DNA from: Acidobacteriota bacterium
GTDB taxonomy: Bacteria > Acidobacteriota > Thermoanaerobaculia > Multivoradales > UBA5704
DNA: 46,899 bases
Direction of reading: 5' to 3'
Assembly (NCBI GenBank): GCA_040005235.1
Contig: JBDTZG010000045.1
Location: 1-46,899 of the forward strand
Part shown: one piece after another, positions 40,518 to 46,899 of the stretch
How positions within the stretch are numbered: the stretch's first letter is position 1
Layout: each line of letters opens with the position of its first letter
Position numbers and translations under genes: made by a program
Notes under the pieces: generated by a model
What the model was told of the DNA's origin: nothing
What the model saw: only the letters and a program-made list of their open reading frames with translations
The model's database searches: none

Positions 40518-41528
40518 GTGCTGACCGTCAAAGTGATCGTTTTCGGGCTAATCGCCATCGTTCCTCATTTTGACACACACACGGTAACGCTCTTGTTCGT
40601 CGATAGTCTAAAGATTCCGGGTAAAGACAATCCAGCTCACATACCTTTTATTGGAACTTGGGGTGGTGTGAACTGCTCCGGCGATTGCGGCTTTCCTCTA
40701 AAGGATGGAGATCTGGATGCTTCCTCTGATATCGGCAAGAAAACAGTAGAGCTGCTAAATAAAGGCACGATTGACTGGCCCAAAGATTTGCCCAGTGATC
40801 TGAACTGGATTCCCGTTGGCCGAGTGACCCGGATGCTGAATCTTGAGTCTCAGCCTCGCGTCGCTCAATTATTAGGCAACGACTTTGCGCCCAAGGCACT
40901 TCCGGAAGTTCAACAGCAGGTTGCCTCGTGGCGCTGGATTCTCTCCATGCAGACACTTACATCGGGAAAGGGACAGATCGACGGCAAGTGTATTCGAGCA
41001 CCTGAAAAATGCCCAATATCTGCTTCGTTGGAAATACCCTTTGACAAGCTTGGATCCTGTCACCTGCTCTCCTTGGGAGATGATAAGGTTGTGTCTTACA
41101 CGATCAAAAAAGGCAGCGGCACTTTCGAGCAAGCGATCTCTGATGGAGCACTGCTCGAATTCTCGGTCCCCGGAAATTCATTCGAGATTGAGACAGGCTG
41201 TCTTGACAGTCACAAGTGTTATCACAAGAAAGCGACGCTGACCCCGTCCAACAAACTGCAGGGGTTTTTTCTTTTAGTGGGTAACATGCCTTACCCGAAG
41301 AGTGACGGGCATCTTCACTACTTCGCTTCTTTAGAATCGACCAGCCCGCCAAATCCTGTTGCCGTTCCGGAAATAACCAAAAATACCCAAAAGCTGGATG
41401 TGTTCTCTGAAGAGTGCCAAGTTTGGGAGGACTCCGTCCGTTCCGTGGACGGACCCAGGCCCAGCTTTCTTGATTTCGTGGCGTTCGAAAACAAGCCGGA
41501 GTGCGGGCCCGTGATTTTTCGGAACTGA
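40518..41528 (+). CDS. Hypothetical Cys-rich protein co-oriented with the CHAT gene
   Basis: GTG start with SD AGGAGAGG 17 nt after the CHAT stop; 336 aa; visibly AT-richer. Confidence 0.75.
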   Translation: MLTVKVIVFGLIAIVPHFDTHTVTLLFVDSLKIPGKDNPAHIPFIGTWGGVNCSGDCGFPLKDGDLDASSDIGKKTVELLNKGTIDWPKDLPSDLNWIPVGRVTRMLNLESQPRVAQLLGNDFAPKALPEVQQQVASWRWILSMQTLTSGKGQIDGKCIRAPEKCPISASLEIPFDKLGSCHLLSLGDDKVVSYTIKKGSGTFEQAISDGALLEFSVPGNSFEIETGCLDSHKCYHKKATLTPSNKLQGFFLLVGNMPYPKSDGHLHYFASLESTSPPNPVAVPEITKNTQKLDVFSEECQVWEDSVRSVDGPRPSFLDFVAFENKPECGPVIFRN

Positions 41529-41548
41529 TCAGCGCACCGCGCCCGGAA

Positions 41549-42754
41549 TCAGCCGAGGCCTTTAGCCAACACCGTCCCGCACAGCCACCGCCCAATCTCC
41601 CGAGCCGCCGCCTGGTGCCCGCGGGCGTTCCAGTGTCCCTCGCCCGGAGCGGTGTTCGGAAAGCCATGCAGGTAGACCTTCTCGCGCTCCGCAATCTCGC
41701 GAAGCGGCGGGGTGAGCGCCAGGAAATCGATGCCGTCCCGCGCGCTCGCTTCGGCCAGGCGACGCTCCGGATAATCCAGGTCCGCCACGCCCAGCGCCTT
41801 GGCAAATGCCTGCCGCTTTGCCGCATCGGGATCGACCTGGATCGGCGTGGTGAGCGAGACCAGGGCGAAGCGGGCGCCCTTCGCTTCCGTCTCCCGCTTC
41901 ATCGTGGCGAGCAGCGCTTCGGTGACCGTCCAAGCCTTCCGCCAGTCGTCCTTCGCCGGTGGGGCGTAGACGGCGTTGTCGAGGCCCAGCTCTTGGAGCG
42001 CCTCGCCTTTTTCCACCTTTCGGGCTTTCCGGGCTCCGAGCCAGCCGTCGAGGCGGCTTTTGGCGGCTTTCGCCCCTTGGAGCAGGCGCGAGCGGTTGAC
42101 CAGGCTATAGAACGCGCGGGCGGGCCAGCTGCGGCGGAATTTGTAGCTCGCGTGGTCACGGAACGAGGCGTCGAGGACCAAGCGGCCCTGGGCGTTCAGC
42201 TCGAAGTAGGGCCGAAGCTCCTCCTGGTCGAGCGTCTTCTCATTGTTCCGGACGTCGTTGCCGGCGTAGAACGCGAGCAGCACCAAATCCGGTTGGAACG
42301 GGGCGACCTGGGTGCGTAACGCGAGCAGCTCCTGCGCGGTGCCGTAGCCGGAGACGCCGAAATTCAGGCTTTCGATCTTCGTGTCGTGCGCCGAGGCGAT
42401 CGCCGGGCAGGCCGCCAGCTCCTTTTCGAGAAGCTTCGCGAAGGTCTGCTCCTCGGGCACCTGGAGCGCTTCGACGCAGGAGTCGCCGAGCACTGCGATG
42501 CGGAACGTTCCCGGGGGCTTTTGCTCCGCCACATCCGGGCCGCGCATTCCGGCGGAGTTGATCCGGATCTCCGCCCGCCCTTCTTTGGTCCAGAGGCCGG
42601 TGGTGCCGGGGATCAGCACCCAGCCGCGCTCGGGGTCGGGACCGTAGAAATTCGGGTTCGAGACCCCGGCGATGCGAAACGCCACCTCGCCGATCCCGAG
42701 CGCGAGCGCGCTCGAAATCAGCAAGGCGAGGAGTTTGGCGCGGCGGGGCTTCAC
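41549..42754 (-). CDS. SGNH/GDSL hydrolase family protein (SxtL-like)
   Basis: RIAVLGDS, NFGVSGYGT, GND, GHWN..GH. Confidence 0.9.
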   Translation of the reverse strand: MKPRRAKLLALLISSALALGIGEVAFRIAGVSNPNFYGPDPERGWVLIPGTTGLWTKEGRAEIRINSAGMRGPDVAEQKPPGTFRIAVLGDSCVEALQVPEEQTFAKLLEKELAACPAIASAHDTKIESLNFGVSGYGTAQELLALRTQVAPFQPDLVLLAFYAGNDVRNNEKTLDQEELRPYFELNAQGRLVLDASFRDHASYKFRRSWPARAFYSLVNRSRLLQGAKAAKSRLDGWLGARKARKVEKGEALQELGLDNAVYAPPAKDDWRKAWTVTEALLATMKRETEAKGARFALVSLTTPIQVDPDAAKRQAFAKALGVADLDYPERRLAEASARDGIDFLALTPPLREIAEREKVYLHGFPNTAPGEGHWNARGHQAAAREIGRWLCGTVLAKGLG

Positions 42755-42766
42755 GCCGCGTACGCC

Positions 42767-42931
42767 CTAGAACAGGGTGTAGATGAATGGCGCGGTCGCC
42801 TGGCTGGTCACCACCAGGAGAATCACCAAGCCGAGGATCAGCACGAAGGGCACGATCCAATAGACCTTGTTCTGCTTGGCGAACTGCCAGATCTCACCGA
42901 ACAGTTTGCCGACGTATCCTGCCTTGCCCAT
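42767..42931 (-). CDS. DUF5989 / SxtK-like small membrane protein
   Basis: EIWQF..NKVYWIVP...APFIYTLF signature. Confidence 0.88.
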   Translation of the reverse strand: MGKAGYVGKLFGEIWQFAKQNKVYWIVPFVLILGLVILLVVTSQATAPFIYTLF

Positions 42932-42963
42932 TGTCTTCTCCTCTCGGCCCCATCCTAGCCCGA

Positions 42964-44811
42964 CTAATCGAGCTGGAACTCCTGCTTCCAATCGCCCGCC
43001 TCGGCGAACTTCGGCTGGGCGGTCTTGGCGAGCAGGAACGGCCCGAGCACCAGATAGTCCATCTCGGTGCGCATGAAACAGCGGTAAGCGTCTTCAGGGG
43101 TGCATACGATCGGCTCGCCGCGAACGTTGAAACTGGTGTTGACGACCACCCCGTAGCCGGTCAGTTTCTCGAATTCCGAGATCAGCGCGTGGTAGTGAGG
43201 ATTCGTCTCCGCATTCACCGACTGGATGCGCGCCGAATCGTCCACGTGAGTGACCGCCGGAATGTCCGAACGAATCTCGTTCACCCATTCGAGCAGGTTG
43301 TCGCTGCGCTCTGGGGCACCCGCCGGTTTGGGAATGCGCCGGTCGGCCCGCACGGGGGCGACCAGCAGCATGTAGGGCGACGGCCGATCGAGCTCGAAAT
43401 AATCGCCGACTCGCTCTTCGAGCACGCTCGGGGCGAACGGCCGGAAACTCTCCCGGTATTTGATCTTCAGGTTCATCAGCGACTGCATCTTGGTCGAGCG
43501 GGCATCGCCGATGATCGAGCGGGCGCCGAGGGCGCGGGGTCCGAACTCCATCCGCCCTTGTAGAAGGCCGACGACGTTTTCTCCTGCAAGCACCTGGGCC
43601 ACCCGCGGCGCCCAGTCGGCATCCGACAGCTCCTCGTGCGGCAGGTTGTTTTCAACCAGATATTCGCGAATCTGCTCGCGCGAGAACTCCGGGCCGAGCA
43701 ACGCGGCCTTCATGCCATCGCGACCCGGGGGGCGTGCGGGCCGCGGCAGACCCATCGCGTTGTGGTAGACCGCGAGGGCGGCACCCAGGGCGCCGCCCGC
43801 GTCGCCCGCCGCGGGCTGAATCCACAGATCGTCGAAGATCCCGGCGCGCAGCAGCACGCCGTTTGCGACGCAATTGAGCGCCACGCCTCCGGCGAGACAG
43901 AGGTTCTTCTTGCCCGTCAGCTCGCGGGTGTGGCGCGCGAGCTTCAGCACCACCTCCTCGGTCACCTCTTGGATCGATCGCGCAAGGTCCATCTCGCGCC
44001 GCGTGATTCGCGATTCCGGGCTGCGCGCCGGACCGCCGAACAGGTTCGCGAACCGGTCGTTGGTCATGGCGAGCCCGTCGAGGTAGCCGAAGTAGTCCAT
44101 GTTCAGGCGGAACGAGCCGTCCTCGCGCAGGTCGATCAGCTCGCGCTTGATCAGGTCTGCGTATTTCGGCGCGCCGTAGGGGGCGAGCCCCATCAGCTTG
44201 TACTCGCCGGAGTTCACCTTGAAGCCGGTGAAGTAGGTGAACGCCGAATAGAGCAGGCCGATCGAGTGCGGAAAGCGGATTTCGCGGATCAGCCGCAGCT
44301 TTTCGCCCTCGCCCACGCCGATCGTGGTGGTCGCCCATTCGCCGACTCCATCGAGCGTCAGCACGGCCGCCTCCGAGAAGGGGGAGGGATAGTAGGCGCT
44401 CGCGGCGTGCGACTCGTGATGCTGGGCAAAGCGGATCGGCACTTCGCCTTGGATCCCGCAGGCTTCGAGCGACTCTTGAATGTGGGGCGGAATCCAGAGC
44501 TTCTCTTTGAGCCAGATCGGAATCGCCTGGAGGTACGAGGCGAGGCCGCGCGGCGCCACGGTCAGGTAGGTTTCGAGGATGCGGTGGAACTTGAGCAGCG
44601 GCTTGTCGTAGAAGACGACCGCGTCGAGCCCCGAGTCATTTCCGTGCGCGGCGCCTTCCGCGAGGCAGTAGCGGACGGCGTTCGAAGGAAATCCCTCGTC
44701 GTGCTTCTTTCGGGTAAAGCGCTCTTCCTGCGCCGCGGCGACGATCTCGCCGTCGACGACCAGGCAGGCCGCGGAGTCGTGGTAGTAGCAGCTGATGCCG
44801 AGGATCTTCAT
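42964..44811 (-). CDS. Carbamoyltransferase, NodU/CmcH (SxtI-like) family
   Basis: MKILGISCYYHDSAA, EERFTRKKH, HHESHAAS, EYKLMGLAPYG, EFGPRALG, FRPFAP, NTSFNVRGEPIV. Confidence 0.96.
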   Translation of the reverse strand: MKILGISCYYHDSAACLVVDGEIVAAAQEERFTRKKHDEGFPSNAVRYCLAEGAAHGNDSGLDAVVFYDKPLLKFHRILETYLTVAPRGLASYLQAIPIWLKEKLWIPPHIQESLEACGIQGEVPIRFAQHHESHAASAYYPSPFSEAAVLTLDGVGEWATTTIGVGEGEKLRLIREIRFPHSIGLLYSAFTYFTGFKVNSGEYKLMGLAPYGAPKYADLIKRELIDLREDGSFRLNMDYFGYLDGLAMTNDRFANLFGGPARSPESRITRREMDLARSIQEVTEEVVLKLARHTRELTGKKNLCLAGGVALNCVANGVLLRAGIFDDLWIQPAAGDAGGALGAALAVYHNAMGLPRPARPPGRDGMKAALLGPEFSREQIREYLVENNLPHEELSDADWAPRVAQVLAGENVVGLLQGRMEFGPRALGARSIIGDARSTKMQSLMNLKIKYRESFRPFAPSVLEERVGDYFELDRPSPYMLLVAPVRADRRIPKPAGAPERSDNLLEWVNEIRSDIPAVTHVDDSARIQSVNAETNPHYHALISEFEKLTGYGVVVNTSFNVRGEPIVCTPEDAYRCFMRTEMDYLVLGPFLLAKTAQPKFAEAGDWKQEFQLD

Positions 44812-44825
44812 CGCGTGGCCGTCTC

Positions 44826-45302
44826 TTAGAACTGCCGCTCGTAGGTCTCGGGACCCGACGGATGTGCCTCGGTCGAGATCCAATAAGTCGGAAGCTTGGG
44901 CTCGGCGCCGCGGGTGATTCCGGTCTTGCCGCGGGCCCGAAGGAACAGGCCAACCGGCAGGAAGAACAAGAAGAAGATCAACGGCATCAGGATCCAGGTA
45001 ACGACCAAGCCGATCACCCGGCCGAGCTTCTCGACCAGTCCGGTCAGCCACTTGAAGGCGCCGAGCGGCGAGATCAGGGCGAGCAGGGTGACCAGGGCCG
45101 CGATCGACGCGATCACCGTGGCGAACTTCGTCCGGTGAAGGACGAACGCCACGAGCAGGGCGACTAGAAAGCCCACCGCCCCCTGGATCACGCCGCGCAC
45201 ACGCGCCGCGCGAGCGGCATCGGCCTTGGCTTTCGCCTCCGCGGCCGGATCGCGGCGCCACTGCCAGACCACGGCGGAAGGGGACAGAGTTCGGTCCGTC
45301 AT
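44826..45302 (-). CDS. SxtJ family membrane protein
   Basis: TM helices, then FFLFFLPVGLFLR..GK...TYW...YERQF C-terminus. Confidence 0.85.
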   Translation of the reverse strand: MTDRTLSPSAVVWQWRRDPAAEAKAKADAARAARVRGVIQGAVGFLVALLVAFVLHRTKFATVIASIAALVTLLALISPLGAFKWLTGLVEKLGRVIGLVVTWILMPLIFFLFFLPVGLFLRARGKTGITRGAEPKLPTYWISTEAHPSGPETYERQF

Positions 45303-45570
45303 CCTGGTGCAGTTCCTTGTGAGCGGTTCGCTGAATTCACTTGGGGATTCGAGGTGGCGGCCCGGCGCGCTTTTTGGCAGCGCCGACGCAGCCTGCGGGC
45401 GGCGGATTCTAGCTAGGGAGTTCCCCGAAGCGCAAGGGAATCGGGGTGGCCTAAGGTTTCCTTCGCGGTTTTGGCGGGATGAAACGCCGCGGACCGCTCC
45501 CGCGCCGAACAAAGGCGGCTAAGATCGACATCCATCTATACGACTCGCGCAGGTACAAAAGGAGCTTCAG

Positions 45571-46674
45571 GTGATCCAGACCCCGCTCTCTCGGATTTCA
45601 ACCCCTCGCCGGGCCGCCATGGCCGCCGCGGCGCTGCTCGCCCTGGCGTTCGGCGCCCTGGCTCCGGCGCCCGCTTCCGCCCAGCCTTTCGGCGCCTGGT
45701 TCACGATGTCCGGCGTTCCGCAGCATGGCTACATTCGGATTCCGGCCAGCGCCGCGCTCAATCCAACCAATCGGTTTACCTTCGAAGCGTGGGTGGCGGT
45801 GACCGATAGCGGCATCTGCAGCTCGATCGCCGGCAAGGGCTACGTCCACACCTGGTGGGTCGGCGTCTGTGGCACGACCCTTCGCTCCTACCTCAAAGGA
45901 AGCGCCTCGCAGAAGAACGGCGGGGTCGTTCCCGCGGGGACGTGGACGCACATCGCGGTCGTGTTCACCGGCACTCGGCGGATTCACTACGTGAACGGCG
46001 AGCAGGTCCTGAACGTCGCCGATACCGGCCCTTTGACCACCAACTCGGCGGAAATGCGCATCGGCAGCGACGTCGACTATCAGATCACTCCCCATGGCGC
46101 GATCGATGAGGTTCGGCTTTGGAACGTTGCGCGCAGCCAGGCGCAAATCCGCCAATTCGTCAATCAGCGGATCAATACCCCGCAGCCGGGCCTGGTAGGA
46201 GTCTGGGCTCTCGACGGCAGCGGAGACGACGTCGTGGGAACCCACGATGGCTCGGTACAAGGGGTGGGCACGGGGTTCCTCACCTTCCCCGTGGCGATCT
46301 CCTGCAATCCCACCGCGATTTCCGGCATCCCGATCCCGACCTCTCTCTGCCTGCAAGATCGATTTGTGGTGACGGGCAAGTACCGGCCCGGAGCTCCGGG
46401 AACGTCGGAAACGACGGAGACTGCGCCGACTTCCACGATCAGCTCCGGAGTTCTCGCCTTCCCGGACTCGGACACCTGGCAAGTGCTCGCGAACGTGATC
46501 GACGCCTGCTCGAGCACGGGCAAGTTCACGGTGGCGCTCTCCTCGCCTTCGAGCCTATTCCAGCGCTTGGAGGTCTTCGACATCCGTGCCGGAGTCGCGA
46601 AGATCTATTTCCGCTACCCCGGTCCGCCCGTAGCGCCGGTGATCGACACGACCTCGTTCGCGACCTGTCCTTGA
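45571..46674 (+). CDS. Secreted LamG/concanavalin-like domain protein with Cys-bounded C-terminal domain
   Basis: Signal peptide (ASA-Q), FTFEAWV, WTHIAV, YVNG, GAIDEVRLWNVARS; SD AAGGAG. Confidence 0.88.
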   Translation: MIQTPLSRISTPRRAAMAAAALLALAFGALAPAPASAQPFGAWFTMSGVPQHGYIRIPASAALNPTNRFTFEAWVAVTDSGICSSIAGKGYVHTWWVGVCGTTLRSYLKGSASQKNGGVVPAGTWTHIAVVFTGTRRIHYVNGEQVLNVADTGPLTTNSAEMRIGSDVDYQITPHGAIDEVRLWNVARSQAQIRQFVNQRINTPQPGLVGVWALDGSGDDVVGTHDGSVQGVGTGFLTFPVAISCNPTAISGIPIPTSLCLQDRFVVTGKYRPGAPGTSETTETAPTSTISSGVLAFPDSDTWQVLANVIDACSSTGKFTVALSSPSSLFQRLEVFDIRAGVAKIYFRYPGPPVAPVIDTTSFATCP

Positions 46675-46680
46675 TGCTTG

Positions 46681-46708
46681 CGCCCGGAGCGCCTGCCGCT
46701 CCCGGGCG
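46681..46708. terminator. Hairpin between convergent genes
   Basis: CGCCCGG-AGCG...CGCT-CCCGGGCG imperfect stem. Confidence 0.4.
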
Positions 46709-46711
46709 ACT

Positions 46712-46899
46712 TCACCTCAGGACGCGCCCCTTGGTCTCGATCACCCAGGGCAGCAGGGCGAGGCCGATCAGCGGCACGAATCCGACGTAGAACAGCGCGC
46801 GGAGCGCGCTGGTGAGCGAGTTCGCGCCTTGCGCGGCGATCGTACCGACGAGGATCGGTCCGATCGCCGCGAGGATGCGGCCGACGTTGTAGCAAAAGC
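46712..46899 (-). CDS. MFS transporter, C-terminal fragment (start outside the window)
   Basis: Manual translation FCYNVGRILAAIGPILVG...FVPLIGLALLPWVIETKGRVLR-stop. Confidence 0.8.
   Translation of the reverse strand, partial: FCYNVGRILAAIGPILVGTIAAQGANSLTSALRALFYVGFVPLIGLALLPWVIETKGRVLR

Noticed and set aside
32131-45302. Saxitoxin biosynthetic cluster (sxtI/J/K/L-like plus a PhyH similar in family to sxtS)
   Set aside because: Core sxtA, sxtG and sxtB are absent; these families are widespread and the context is envelope glycosylation.

Overview
A GC-rich bacterial chromosome segment. Gene families and repeat style suggest Acidobacteriota, probably Thermoanaerobaculia (inference). The backbone is tldD-like peptidase (runs off the left end), sucA, an RND pump (transporter plus MFP), an orphan LytTR regulator, an FAD oxidoreductase, gltX, tRNA-Ser(GCT), tkt, tRNA-Ser(TGA), serS, a cell-surface glycan modification region (GT-C, GT2, PhyH dioxygenase, methyltransferase, SxtJ/carbamoyltransferase/SxtK/SGNH cassette), a LamG secreted protein and an MFS fragment at the right end. 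Accessory material is inserted between these genes. (i) At 4.3-5.0 kb, a fossil internally deleted second copy of the RND-oxidoreductase block sits beside an orphan BrnA antitoxin and the last 10 codons of its lost toxin. (ii) At 11.7-16.4 kb, an unannotated lanthipeptide-like precursor has lost its 5' end next to a 1.4-kb unit (44-bp tandem palindromes, structured leader, His-less PCD-fold protein, 122-aa helical protein, structured 3' end), followed by RhuM, a Schlafen/AlbA_2 protein and a decayed PIN-type TA pair. (iii) A toxin-antitoxin hotspot between the two tRNA-Ser genes includes a 42-bp direct repeat. (iv) A membrane-anchored TPR-CHAT protease is paired with an AT-richer, Cys-rich orphan gene. 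The best candidates for undescribed biology are the 11.85-13.28 kb unit, the CHAT-partner pair and the RhuM-Schlafen pair. No integrase, transposase, CRISPR array or rRNA was seen. All family calls come from motif recognition by eye; no searches were run.
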